A stretch of 62,474 nucleotides of DNA, filler included, from Nemertoderma westbladi (Eukaryota > Animalia > Xenacoelomorpha): assembly GCA_032718475.1 (NCBI GenBank). It is 4 parts of 4 records of this genome, joined end to end, with 100 filler letters (N's around TTAATTAATTAA, not from the genome) between each part and the next. Parts side by side here need not be neighbours in the genome. Positions count along the whole stretch, not along the records: positions 1 to 21,684 come from JAUCBJ010001371.1; positions 21,785 to 42,870 come from JAUCBJ010007865.1; 2 more parts are not named here. One strand, written 5' to 3'. Below, piece after piece: positions 11,940-24,789 of the stretch; positions within the stretch are counted from its first letter, which is position 1, and every line of letters begins with the position of its first letter. Made by a program: the position numbers and the translations under genes. Under the pieces are notes generated by a model. It saw nothing but the letters and a program-made list of their open reading frames with translations. It had not been told where the DNA came from and did not search any database.

Positions 11940-14900
11940 TTACGATATATTGTTGTACAGGGCAAGAAGAACTAGTTCGTCAACAGACCTGTCATGAAGT
12001 TTACGAATAATTTTTCCATCCTTGGTGTTTGGGATCAGATGTACTGTTTCTATGATAATGGAATGGGTCAGTCCATCCTTGCTCTTGTTTACGGAATAGA
12101 CTCGGGCTGTTGGCCAGTCTGCTTGTTTCCCACCTTTTTTTCTGACAAGAACTAGATCTCCTTGCTGAAGGCCTGGTTTCTCTTTTGTCCATTTTGATTT
12201 AGATTGTAGGTTCTGAAAATAGAATAGTTCCCACTTATTCTGGAAGTGGTCTGCAAGGAACTTAACTCTCTTCCAACGCCTAGGCCGATATGCTGCAATG
12301 TCGTCATTCGTGCATTCCATTCCAATGGACTGCTGTGGTGTTTGTTCTTTTAGATTTAGGAGCATTGCTGGACTTAAGGGATGTGGGTCTGCTGAGTCAT
12401 CAGATATCTCCCACAGAGGCATTGAGTTCACCACTGATGCAGCTTTCACCAAGAATGTATGGAGTTCCTCTTGGTTCAGAACATGGTGGTCAGTCAAAAG
12501 AAGTGTGGCCTCAACAATGTTTTTAACTGAACCTACCTTGCGCTCCCACACTCTGCCATGGTGTGGGCTGTAGGGTGGATTAAATATCCATTTGAAGGTG
12601 GCCCCTTCTTTTTGGAGTTGTTTGTCTACTTCTGCGAAATCGAGATCGGCCATATCTTGATTGATGGTGCCTACAAAGTTTGTTCCACTATCGCTTCTTA
12701 TTACTTGTGGCATGCCCCGTATGGTGGTAAATCGTTGACAAGCGTGTTTAAAAGAATTGATGTTTGGGTGATCAACCATCTTGAGGTGTATGGCACGTGA
12801 CATGAAGCAAGTAAAGAGTAGTGCCCAGATCTTTATCATTCCGGTGTTCCTTCTTATTGTTCTGCCTTCTGTTACTTGCCATGGTACCATCATGTCCACT
12901 CCAACATTGGTGAAGGGGGCCGTTCTTTCCAGGCAATCAGAGGGGAGGTCACTCATTTTCTGGGAGCTCAGTGATCCCCTTAAGGGGGGGGGGGGGGGGG
13001 GGGGGGGGTAGCGCATTTTCTGACCAAAAAGACGAATTTTTGAAACATATCCTATCTGATGCACAATTTATTGGTGAATCAAATATGGAAACCGTTTTCC
13101 CATATCTTGCTTAGTTTTCGAGATATCTGGGATAGAAGATACTGGCTCCGATATATCGCGATATCAGTAAAGGCGATGAAGTTTGGGGTTTGCATTCAAT
13201 TTCTGCAAATTTCTGTGCCCAGTGGTGCCAATTGGATGTCTCCACGAGAAAGAGCACAACATTTTATTTGAGAAGGTATTTTTTTATGATTATTGGACCT
13301 ACTTGTCAGTTTATAAGACAACTTCAAGTCTCCGGAATGAAGACGGGACTCGAATAAGCGACTCTGCGGTCTTTGCGCGATTACACGGAATGGACTTATC
13401 GGTCATCGGAGATCTTCAAAATGTATAATCTCCAGTTCTAGTGGTCGTACGAAGTTCGTTTTAGGCTCATTCGAAAGCTCTTTTCCTAGAGAACAAACCA
13501 AACTGAGAACAAAACTAAGCACGATATGGGAAAACTTTCCATATTTGGATTCACCATGAAATTCTGCATCAGAAAGGATATGTTTCAAAAATTCAACTTT
13601 TTGGTCAGAAAATGCGCTACCCCCCCTTAAGCGCTTGCATATAATGCAGTTCTTTATATATTTTCTCACTTCACAGCTATCATTTTGTATGAAGAAACCT
13701 CCGGTTCTAATGGCTCCATGAGTTATATGCCTGCCTTGGTGTCCACACATGATATGGAAATGATGTAGAAGTATCTCACATAGTGGGTGTGCAGCCGGGA
13801 TTAGGAATGGATGGGAGTTGATAAAGGGCATTTCTGATTGGCTAAGACGCCCCCCAACATGAATGCAGTTGTTGACTAATATGGGTGATATCTGTAGAAG
13901 AGGATGGTCATCTGGGATAGGTTTTATACTCAGCAAATTTAAGATGTTTGGGAAGCACTGGAGTTGTGCATCCCTGACTAGTAGATTTATTGGATCAGTG
14001 TTTGCTACCTGATGTGGAGTGCTATGTTTTCGGCTCAACAATGATAAAAACTTCCTCGCAGCTTGGATGATCTTAGCGCTGAAGAGACTTGTTTCAGGAA
14101 AAGGGTTGCCTCTAGGCAAGCACGAGCTCCAACCTTGGGACATTTAATGGAAATGGGGCCAGTTTGGAATTTCCGAACACAAATGATACTGAGATAACTT
14201 GATCGTTGTTTAGGACCCTCATGTATATAACACTGCAGATAGCCTTCTCCGAGGCATAGCATTGTGGAGTTCCTGTCGCGGGTTCTCACTAGATGGAAAG
14301 GGCTTAAAGCATCGTGGTATAAATATTTCTCGCACCAATTTCAGGGAAGTATAGATGTAGATCTGGGTTGGTTTTCTTATCTCCCTTTTTGAGGATTATT
14401 TCACGTTGAATCAACCTTCCAGAGATAACGATAGGGGCAATAAATCCTAAAGGGTCATATATGTAGTTGATGGTTGAGAGGATGCCCCTTTTTGTAAATG
14501 GGTTATTGGGTAAGGTTACGTCAATCAGAAAAGCATCACGGGATATATTGCAGGAGATACCCAGTGTTTTTTGGAGGGGAGCTTCACTTAATTCCAGCTC
14601 GTCTAGGCTCTCTACTATTTCAGAGCGCGGAAAGGCTTTGATGACTGCTGGATCGCTTGAGGCAATTTTGTGGAGTCGGATTTTAAATTTGGCTAGTGTG
14701 TCTATTGCACCCTTTAGGATGGCTATTGCTTTATCAGTGCCATCTATGTTGCCGAGGCAGTCATTGACATTCAAACACTCTTTCAAACACTCTTCTACAT
14801 ATTCCAGGATTTCAGCGCGTAGTGGGTTTGAGTCATCACATAGTTCTGCTCCAGCCCTGAGGCAAATGGTGGAGATTGGTGGGCTTGGACGGTTTCCAAA

Positions 14901-16750
14901 CAGGTGGACCTTACTTCTGTATGAAATTATATGTTTAGTAGGGTCATTATCCTTGAACCAGAAGAAACGCAACAAGTCTCTATCTGCGGGATGTACATGA
15001 AGGAATGGAACATTGACTCTACATCTGCAATAAACCCCACTGTACCTTCTCGGAATCGGATAAGGACATCCCGCAGGTGATTGTTATTATCTGGTCCAGG
15101 TAGTAAATGGGAATTCAAGGAAGTTCCAAAATATATAGCAGAGCTATCAAAAACGAGTCGGAACTTGTTTTTCTTTGGTTGGAAAACAGGGGATACTGGG
15201 ATATACCATATCCTACCAGTAGGTCCTTTGATTTCGTTTAGTGGGATTTCTTCAAACTTTCCTGATACAAAGCATTTATCCATTTGTTTCAGACAGCTTT
15301 GTAACTTATCTTGGTTTTGTTTTAAACGGTTGAGTGTACCACGTCACCATTTGAATACTGGCTCACGATTGTCTGGTACTTTGACCTCATCTTCTTTTAG
15401 GGGAAGTGGGGTTTCCAGATTTCCATGCTCATTGATGATAATGCTTGGTATTATTTTGTTGGCGAATAGTTTATCCTGAATTGATGGTCCTACGAGTTCG
15501 TCATCCTTATATGATGTGAATGGGTTTACAGTAAGTTCTGATTTGATAATTTCAGGTGCAAATCGCATGCTTTTGTTTGGGAAAGTTATATTGGATTTGA
15601 GGTGTTCACGGTGAGATGTCTTTGGTTCCACCTTGTTGGGGTCCATGTTGCTTGGGTAGGTATGGTATAGACATGCTTCTCCCACAAGTGCCCATCCAAG
15701 AGGTGTAGAGTGCACTATCGGGGGTTTGTCATTCATTGTATGTGTGCTGAGGAGACTATGGCAATTTCTGCCTAGTAATAATAGGGTTCTGGCCTCTGGC
15801 ATAATATCTATGAATTTGGGTGCAAACTGGCATATGTGTGCCATAGTACTTACTATTGTGGGGTTGCTACTTTATGCTTGCAGTCGGTGATCCATTCATT
15901 GCAATATAGTTCAGGCAACTCATAAGACTGTGTTTTCCTTATTCCTTTGATTGTCAGGTTTTTTGCTATTGGACCTTTGTGTGAAGAGGAGTGTCTACTC
16001 ATGGTTGTCAGTTGATAATCATATTCTGGAGACTCAATATTGAAATATTGGAAGATAAATGGGTCAGCGTAGGATGAGTCTGACTGTTCGTCGAGGATAG
16101 AGTAGGTTAGCAACGTTTTGATTGATCCTGGGGAACCTACCTCAGTAAGGAATACTTTACTACAGCTGTGAGTTCATTTTCCACATAATGCAGTGCAGAG
16201 TGATTTTCCTTTAGCTGGCACATCTTGTTTCTTTTTAGACTCATTTTTTACTTGAATTGGATTTCGTATGATGTGGATATGATGGGTGGAGGAGCGCTAT
16301 ATGGGAATTTGAGTGACATTTTTGGCAATAGATATGTCTAGTACAATCTGTCTCCATATGCTGGTCATCTGTGCATCTTGAGCACAGGTTGTTCTTCTTT
16401 AGGAAGGTCTCCTTCTCAATTAATGAAAGGGAACTAAAAGCATAGCAGTCGTGTATTGAGTGGCCATCAAGTTTGTGATATAGGCAACTTACTCGTCTTC
16501 AGTGATTTTCAGTCTTCTTGACTGGCGCGGGGGTAATGTGGGTTACATGCTCGTCTACTAACTCTGTCTAGGAAATTACAGAAGTAGGTAAAGGGTGGAT
16601 GGGAATTATATGTTTCTTCGTAATTATTTCCCTGTTCTGACCATTTATTGTTGACCCAATTCGGTAGTTTGTTTATTATAAGCTGTAGCCCTCTTGAGAA
16701 GTTAAAGTCGTTTAGCTCTGGTATTGTTTCCATGTTGATTGCAATGATTT
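11940..16750 (-). mobile_element. BEL/Pao LTR retrotransposon gag-pol, frameshifted and 5'-truncated
   Basis: gag with CCHC-like remnants; protease ILDEQSDSSY; RT FRLVFDSSA, ADVESMF, HLFGNRPSP; RNase H/A17 TKRGILS...YDPLGFIAP; integrase HHFH...CIIC, APFTNVGVD, IRSDSGTNFVG, WERKVGSVK. Confidence 0.93.
12984..13626. mobile_element. Non-autonomous TTAA-specific DNA transposon, Kolobok-like (643 bp)
   Basis: TTAA at 12980-12983 and 13627-13630; TIR GGGGGTAGCGCATTTTCTGACCAAAAAG; removal restores integrase CKRLRGSLSSQKMSDLP; family inferred from RR...YY termini plus TTAA. Confidence 0.82.
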
Positions 16751-17596
16751 AGCAAAGGTAGCTAAGTCAGCCTTCCAGTCCAAGCCAGCGAAAAGCGGGC
16801 GCGAAAGTGGGCAAAGGTGTCGAACCAAGTCTTACCTCCTCTAACATGGGCGTTCTCAGGCAATCGGGTCATACTTTCCACATGGGCGTGGGTGAGATAG
16901 TGTGTGTTCCTTTATGCATCGTGGACATCCCTTCCCCTTTTCGTTGCTGTGGCCTAAAGGTTTAGGCAGCCATTCTCTGAAGCATTTGGCTGTTTGATAT
17001 AGATACGCTAAAAACTACATGTTCAGACGATTGTTAAGATAAGTGATAACCGAAGGGCAAATGGCACCTTTTATAGGAAATCCTAAGCATGGAATCACAC
17101 TAGAACATTCTACCACATTCCATGGGCTCACATTGGACCAATAAATCATCAAACGCCCTACGATTGGCCCAACTTATCCGTTCATGTGTTGTACGCACTC
17201 CATTGGCTTATCTAGTCTGGCGAAACAGAAAAGAAATTGCACAAAATATAAATTTTACCGACCCAGATTCGCACTCTCGACCTATCTCAAACGTAACCTG
17301 CGCACTAACCTACTGGACAACTGCGCCAGTAGCAACTCGTCCCGAAATACCTTAAGCTTAGGTAATATACGAATTTATAACAAACTATAAAACAAGGCAA
17401 ATACATCGGATTTTAAAAGTTTTCTACATAGTACTAATTACAAATAGCTACCTAGTAGTGAAATAATCCCACAAGAACTAATACCTATTCTCAAATATGG
17501 GAGAAATTTAAGGTAACCATGGTTGGATGTAAAATAAAGAGTAAATTAAAGAATATTAGTTAATTATTTGTGGTAAAGTAGCAAAAAAACAAACAG

Positions 17597-17690
17597 TTGG
17601 CCGAGGCTGGGTGGCCAAGGACGCTGAGGCTCTGATAACTGCTACCCGAAGGCAGGGGGTGGGCGCTCCTTTGCCTTCCTATTTAAATGC
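17597..17690. repeat. Dispersed repeat fragment (SINE-like), homologous to 31551-31645
   Basis: Shared GGCCGA...CTGCTACCCGAAGG.AGGGG.TGGGCGCT.CT core. Confidence 0.55.
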
Positions 17691-17782
17691 TGTAATTTGG
17701 GGTACATAAACATATCTTTATACTATAACGGTGATCCACTACATCTGCCAATATGTTTGTATTTAATATTTATTTGTTTCAG

Positions 17783-17956
17783 TGCCCTTCCTCTTACCAA
17801 AGTTGCTAACCAACCAACGATTGTTCTATTTAGTGCTCAAAGTTTCACATCCACTCTTATAGTTTTAACCACGACAACTTATGACCTCGTTCCTATTTCC
17901 TGGGATAACATGGCTTCCTCTGTAATTGTGACTGGAGGTACCTGGATATTGTACGA
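17783..17956 (+). CDS. Beta/gamma-crystallin-domain gene, exon 4 (Greek key 3)
   Basis: Acceptor TTTGTTTCAG and donor GTAAGT; encodes ALPLTKVANQPTIVLFSAQSF...WDNMASSVIVTGGTWILY; phase 2 to phase 2. Confidence 0.88.
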
Positions 17957-18199
17957 GTAAGTTTATTTAGATGAAATCCTATGGTCAAGTTGTGTATAAA
18001 ATCGACATCAACAACCGTTAACTGACAACCAACAATCACAGCGGACAAATTATATTTTAACTAACTATAAAATGAAAACGTAATGTTATGTTTTGTTTTG
18101 GCACCAGCTATTGCAATTCGTTTACCTCAGAGAATTAACATTATAGGACTAATGAGTATCGGCAGTGCCTGTAGTGTTTAGGCCTAGAGTGTACTTCTC

Positions 18200-19256
18200 A
18201 TGTTCAATGGTTTCCACTACATTTGTGTCTACTGCTGACGGTGACATAGATACACTCGAAGTCTTATGGGGAGTCCTTCAGGATGACATACTTGCACCAT
18301 TTTTATTTGTAATTGTAGTGGATTATGTTCTATGCATGTTCTTAGACTATCTTAATAAAGATGGACAAGTATGATGGTAACACCACCTACTACTGGCACA
18401 AAAAGTAGAGGAAATCCACCAAAGTACCTTACTGATCTAGAATTTGCTGATGACTTAGGGTTACTGTGAGAGTATAAATAGATGCAACAGAAAGGCTTTT
18501 CTGCTCATTGGAGCAGGTGCTTCTATTATTGGTCTTTTTGTAAACTCCAAGAAGATAAAAATTATGCACAGTGAACCTTGACAGCCCTTAAGAAATGAAA
18601 AGTCTGATCGTAAGGACACAGGCTCCAATGATGGCTTGCTTGAGCATGTGGGTGACTTCTGCTACTTGGGATCATGGATCCGGAAGTCAGGTTTCATTCA
18701 GATACGTAAGGGAAAGACAAGGCCATCATTGAATAGTCTGTTCAGGGTTTGTAAGTCCCATAGAATGAAACGGAATCTCATGGTTCGATTATTTAGGGCA
18801 GCAGTAGATCCAGTACTCTGAGTAGATTCAGTACGCAGAGGATACCATATTTCTGGATGGCACTTATACATAATACTGCGACAGCGCTGGGTTCATTGCA
18901 TCAAGTACAATGAACACATCTCCAAATCAGACTCTATATAACATTGGAGGTGTTTTATAACTTTCCACTAGCTTGACACTCGAACAGAACTGCCTCCGCT
19001 TTGCAGGACATTGCTTTAGCCATGAGGTCCAGCTAGTGCATAATCTTGTGCTTTGACGGCCTCATGGAGTGAATAAGTAAGATCGACAGCGCATGACTTT
19101 CTTAGTGGAGACTGGCCTTGAAGATGCGGATGATCTAGCAAATGTCATTGGTGATAGGGAGTTGTGGCTGCGCAATTTTCTGGCAAGTCGGCTCAGCATT
19201 CTTAATATATATGTAATATATATAATGTAGCTGTAATGTTGATAGTAGTAGTAGTA
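18200..19256 (+). mobile_element. Old degenerate RTE LINE copy (same family as 7554 and 38877)
   Basis: LWGVLQDDILAPFLF, FCYLGSWIRKSG, many indels; (TAG)n tail at about 19242-19256. Confidence 0.85.
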
Positions 19257-20456
19257 TAACTTCCTTCAAGTTTGCTAGCAAGTACTATACTATAATCCAA
19301 TCTAACACACATGATTAATAGTCTGTCAGAATTGAATTATATCTTACTTGGGACTAAAACAGTAGTAAATATTTAGTATATTTTTGTGGGATATTGTTGC
19401 CATTAACAGTCCTACTGATGTCGTTTTCAAGGTCAATATAGGCTATCTATCAAAATAGGCCACCAGCTTGCCGGTTCAATGTTCAATCCATTTGCTTTTT
19501 TTTTTATCTGGGTGGCACCGGCTTCGATCCCGTAGCAAGCCATTTAAATTTTCGCAGCTGGTGCGCCATATTTGTGCACCAACCAAGCAATATGTTGGGG
19601 AATAAAGGGTTTGATATTTTTTGTGACGGGAGTGGTTGACTGTTACGGCTTGTTTCTTTAATGGCTTGCTTGGGCTGCAGATATATGTTGGGATCTGGCT
19701 AACGAAAGTTATTTGCTGTTCTCTTTTTAGTATAATATATATCTGACTGCACTATACTGTAATTGACTAAATTGCTAGACCGGTAGCATAAAGTAAGTAA
19801 CCTAAGCTAGAGGTACAGAACGTTTCACCATGTCTGGGTTAAATTGCCAACTGCCATTGTATATAAGGTTCTGTCTATTGTAACCGACGACAGCTGATTG
19901 CCAACTGAGAATAGAATTGCACTAATGAATGGTGGCCCTAGAGTTGATCCACCCTACTCATTGGCTGTTAATATCACGTCACTCCCTATCACCCCGGGCT
20001 ATATTGGGTTTTGGGCTTGCTGTAATTGGGATAATTTCACTTACTAGGCCGATGTTTCTTCCAGCAATTTTGAAAAGTAACTAAGAAGTAACTGATTGTC
20101 TATCTGTGGACTGTGAATTCAACAGGAAATTACATTAATTGTTTTAACATTGTTTAAATGGGCTGCGGTAAACCGCGTGGTTTAGCGAACAAGTCTGTTG
20201 GGTCGTTCACAGTCAGCAGTGTACCGCTGGCCCTGCGGTGCACCGCGCGGTGTACCGTTCCGTTGGGTGTGAACGGGCCTTTATGGGAGCGTATACCGGA
20301 CTTAGTCCGCTAACAGTTTTCACTCTTTTTTTAGCTATTTATGCTATACTAGTAAATGCTAAAGTGCTAAATATCAATATTGTCTATAGTGTAGTTTTAT
20401 ATTAATAGTACTCATTATCACTATAATTAATACATTTACATGTATTTCCGTTACAG

Positions 20457-20565
20457 TGGTCCGTACATGACTGGAACTTCTGAGACATTCACGGTGGCTG
20501 TTGGCGAATACGCTGTGCTATCAGCAGCAATGGACAACAAAGTATCGTCTGTGAAACTCGTCTAA
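20457..20565 (+). CDS. Beta/gamma-crystallin-domain gene, exon 5 (Greek key 4, stop)
   Basis: Acceptor TTTCCGTTACAG; the join gives WILYDGPYMTG...GEYAVLSAAMDNKVSSVKLV*; TAA at 20563-20565. Confidence 0.88.
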
Positions 20566-20742
20566 AGACCAAAATGTATTCAATGGCAAACTCTTTCTTA
20601 TATTAGATTTGTTTAAAGAGTCATAATTTTAAGCGACAGTTATACTACTGAAGACTATTTAATTATCCATTTTATCCCTCTAATTCTTTATTATACCGCG
20701 AAGAACATTCGTTTTTTTCCCTTGTGTGCATTTATCCCACAT

Positions 20743-21170
20743 AAGGGGCCGACCATAAATTACGTCACGCTTTTTTCACCAATTGTAAATCCACCCCCCC
20801 CCCCCCCCCCCCCCCTCTTCTTACAAATCATCACAAAATCGTTGAACCCCAACCCATATGGTTTAATATTTTGTTTATCTCATTGATATCACACAGTTGA
20901 CTGGAAAAATACAAATCGGTCTGATAATAGTAAGACATTCCTGTCTCGGCTATACTGCGAACTAAACCTGTAACTAACAGCAGAGACATGCAGCCATAGG
21001 CCTACTATAGCTGTTGTGTAGTATGTAGATGGAGTACAGTGTAGAGCCTAGAAAGGTAAATGTGACATTACAAAACGGATGACCACCCCCACATCCCTTG
21101 TAACGGATGACCACCCCCCCCCCCCCCCCCCCCCTACCCTGCCCTGCGCCTCATGACATCATTTATGGCT
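20743..21170. mobile_element. Probable MITE remnant (Harbinger-like termini)
   Basis: GGGGCCGACCATAAATTACGTCACG at the left and degenerate inverse CATGACATCATTTATGGC at the right; internal poly-C tracts. Confidence 0.4.
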
Positions 21171-21684
21171 TTTGACTTAAAATAAGACTTAAAATCACGT
21201 TAGGCATTTATTTATCTCTAATTATCTACACAATTATAACTATTATTATTAAATATTATAACTACACACTTTGTCATTAACTCAATTTATAGTTCTTTTG
21301 AGATGCTATTGAATTTCAAATATAATTTCTGGAATTTATGTAGTGTTTCACATGTTAATTATTGGTGATGGGAAGAACTGATTAATTGTGCTTATACGAA
21401 TAAATATTGCTAATAGACGGTAGGTACTTTACCGCCATAAAGGTAGGAGCTAATATAAACTCTGAAATCTCACATGAAACTATGTGACCAGGGATATGAC
21501 CCGTGGAATAAAGTTTGTTTTTGAAATAAATAAATATTTACCAGAAGTATTTATAACTAGTTTAATCGTGATCACCGACCTCGAAAACCCGTATACCTTC
21601 AGGCTTATCAAACCAAACACAAAATTTGACATCACAAAAAATGAACCGACCCCCCCCCCCCCCCATCCCACCCGGACCAAATAC

Positions 21685-21784
21685 NNNNNNNNNNNNNNNN
21701 NNNNNNNNNNNNNNNNNNNNNNNNNNNNTTAATTAATTAANNNNNNNNNNNNNNNNNNNNNNNNNNNNNNNNNNNNNNNNNNNN
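21685..21784. other. Artificial contig linker N44-TTAATTAATTAA-N44
   Basis: Identical 100-bp structure occurs three times; the core gives stops in all six frames. Confidence 0.98.
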
Positions 21785-22550
21785 GACTAATACTGTGGAT
21801 ACAGCGCCATATACCGTAACACTTATAGTTCTGAGATTTTACTCATTATTATTATCAGATTTTATTTGCCCTTTATTTGTATATTTTTTCCGGTGTATTT
21901 TTAGCAAAACAAAACGGCTACAAAATACGGTACATTTTTCTCTGATTTTTGGTTTATTTAGAGGCTATACTCTGGATCCTAACGGACCCAAAGTATCCCT
22001 CACCCGGTTTCTATCTTTTTCCTCATCCCAGAGGTTTTTCTGCAGTGTTACAGTACTGTAAGCTATTTCATTTATTTAGAAGGAAGCAATATACAGTATT
22101 ATTTGGGAAGAATAGAAAATCACTGTGTTTTTGTACTATATTGTAAAGTTGTGGATGTCCGTAAATAACAAGTCATTGAAGGACCGTGTTCTAGTGGAAA
22201 TATTTTATGTTAGCCGGAAAACCAAAACACTAAGCGAAAGTAGAGCACTACCTGGAACCTTTTTGAGATTCAAAGCCGTTTTAGGAGTTTATCGTGCCAA
22301 GGAGCACGAGAAATCCATTACAATGTGCATATCTTGACAATTTATCTTATTCATTTTAATTGTGTATTCAATTCAATACTGGGAGACGGCCCGGTCCAAA
22401 AAATTCCCAAAGCAGTTCGCTATCCGATAGCTATCGCTATCACTTTAATTTTCAATTCACAATACAATATAGAACTGGACAGTATACAAGTACAGACGAT
22501 TAGGCATTGTTTTAATACTGTACAATGAAAGCGAACAAAGAGGAAAGGGT

Positions 22551-22607
22551 TGCTGTAGGGTTGTAGGGCTGTAGGGCTGTAGGGCTGTAGGGCTGTAGGG
22601 CTGTAGG
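22551..22607. repeat. (GGGCTGTA)n 8-bp tandem repeat
   Basis: About 7 direct copies. Confidence 0.9.
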
Positions 22608-23652
22608 TAGGTTCTTTATTAATAAAATGAAAGCGAATTCTAATCTGAGCTTTAAAGAAATTTAATGTACCGGTTGACCGGTGTTTGAGTAGTGTAGGGC
22701 TTACTGCATCCTGATAACTCCTTTAAATTTACATACTTGTGTGTAAAAAGTGTGATGATCCGAGTGCTTTGTTACACGAACGAATGTAGTGAGTGAGTGA
22801 ATATAAACTGGACATATTGGACTATAATTGGACAAACTATAAGAAGTAGCCCTATGTTTTCGTTGTAAAAATATACATTTGTACTATTGGACAAACTATA
22901 AGAAATAGCCCTACATATTTTTGTTGTAAACATGGACATACCATTGGACAAACAATAAGAGGTGTAGGCCTAGTAAGTGGGAAGTGTCGCTATATGTTAA
23001 AGTTGATTAAGTCGAAATTTCTCGCCCATTTGTAGTTGGCAACCATCATCCAAACGTAGTAAACGAAGTTGTGCTAGTTACTGTAGTATTAGCGTACAAA
23101 TAGTATATGCATATGCAATGGGCCTGGAAATTCTCGATGAATTATTTGAAATAATTTCGGCGCCATACAATCAGAGAGCGCGAACACTACACCTTCGTCT
23201 GTTTAACAATTAATTTTTAAATTTGATTAACACGTATTAACACCTATTATCCCCACGAACACGCAGACCAACCGCCCAGTCCGTGCCACGAAGAACCACG
23301 ACGAAATACTGTAGGTGAAGATGTTCCTACGACCACTTATCTGCACCACTGATGGCATGTGGTGTAAGGAGACAGACATTTTAATCCGCCATCTCGCGTA
23401 GTCGTTAGTCACCAGACGTTAGGGGATGAAGGAACGAGTCCTAGCATCAGTCTTGGTTGGAGTGCGAAGGAGGTTGTAGTTCGCCCCTGCGCATTACTGC
23501 AAAAACGCGCAAAACTGCGCATTACTAGTAATATAATACCCCCTCTAAATCATAATGGACACAATGGACTTATCGTTCAATATACATACAACGTAGTTTA
23601 ACACGTCGGGCAAGCGTACTTTGATGCTGACACATCAAGAGCACAAATATAT

Positions 23653-24750
23653 GGGTGTCACTGTTCACTGAGTAGACTAAACTCCATGTTAACGCAGCAA
23701 CTTTTGGGTGTCACTGTTCACTGTATAGACTAAACTCAATGTTAACGCAGCAACGTTTGGGTGTCACTGTTCACTGTAGGCTATAGACTAAACTCAATGT
23801 TAACGCAGCAACTTTTGGGTGTCACTGTTCACTGTATAGACTAAACTCAATGTTAACGCAGCAACTTTTTGGTGTCACTGTTCACTGTACAGTATAGACT
23901 AAACTCAATGTTAACGCAGCAACTTTTGGGTGTCACTGTTCACTGTATAGACTAAACTCAATGTTAACGCAGCAACTTTTGGGTGTCACTGTTCACTGTA
24001 TAGACTAAATTCAACGTTAACGCAACAACTTTTGGGTGTCACTGTTCACTGTACAGTATAGACTAAACTCAATGTTAACGCAGCAACTTTTGGGTGTCAC
24101 TGTTCACTGTACAGTATAGACTAAACTCAATGTTTACGCAGCAACTTTTGGGTGTCACTGTTCACTGTATAGACTAAATTCAACGTTAACGCAACAAATT
24201 TTGGGTGTCACTGTTCACTGTACAGTATAGACTAAACTCAATGTTAACGCAGCAACTTTTTGGTGTCACTGTTCACTGTACAGTATAGACTAAACTCAAT
24301 GTTAACGCAGCAACTTTTGGGTGTCACTGTTCACTGTACAGTATAGACTAAACTCAATGTTAACGCAGCAACTTTTGGGTGTCACTGTTCACTGTATAGA
24401 CTAAATTCAACGTTAACGCAACAAATTTTGGGTGTCACTGTTCACTGTACAGTATAGACTAAACTCAATGTTAACGCAGCAACTTTTTGGTGTCACTGTT
24501 CACTGTACAGTATAGACTAAACTCAATGTTAACGCAGCAACTTTTGGGTGTCACTGTTCACTGTATAGACTAAACTCAATGTTAACGCAGCAACTTTTGG
24601 GTGTCACTGTTCACTGTATAGACTAAATTCAACGTTAACGCAACAACTTTTGGGTGTCACTGTTCACTGTACAGTATAGACTAAACTCAATGTTAACGCA
24701 GCAACTTTTGGGTGTCACTGTTCACTGTATAGACTAAATTCAACGTTAAC
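23653..24750. repeat. 53/58-bp tandem minisatellite, about 20 copies
   Basis: Unit GGGTGTCACTGTTCACTGTA(CAGTA)TAGACTAAACTCAATGTTAACGCAGCAACTTTT. Confidence 0.97.
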
Positions 24751-24789
24751 TTGAGGACTTGAGACTTGAGGACATTAAGTATAAATCAT

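Noticed and set aside
12984-13064. Poly-proline N-terminus of the 374-aa integrase ORF
   Set aside because: Comes from the poly-G terminus of the inserted TTAA transposon
21484-21732. ORFs running into N-linkers (also 42919-43218)
   Set aside because: Artefacts of the concatenation
23653-24750. CRISPR-like array next to an RT
   Set aside because: Units are contiguous near-identical repeats with no unique spacers; no cas genes; the RT is a LINE
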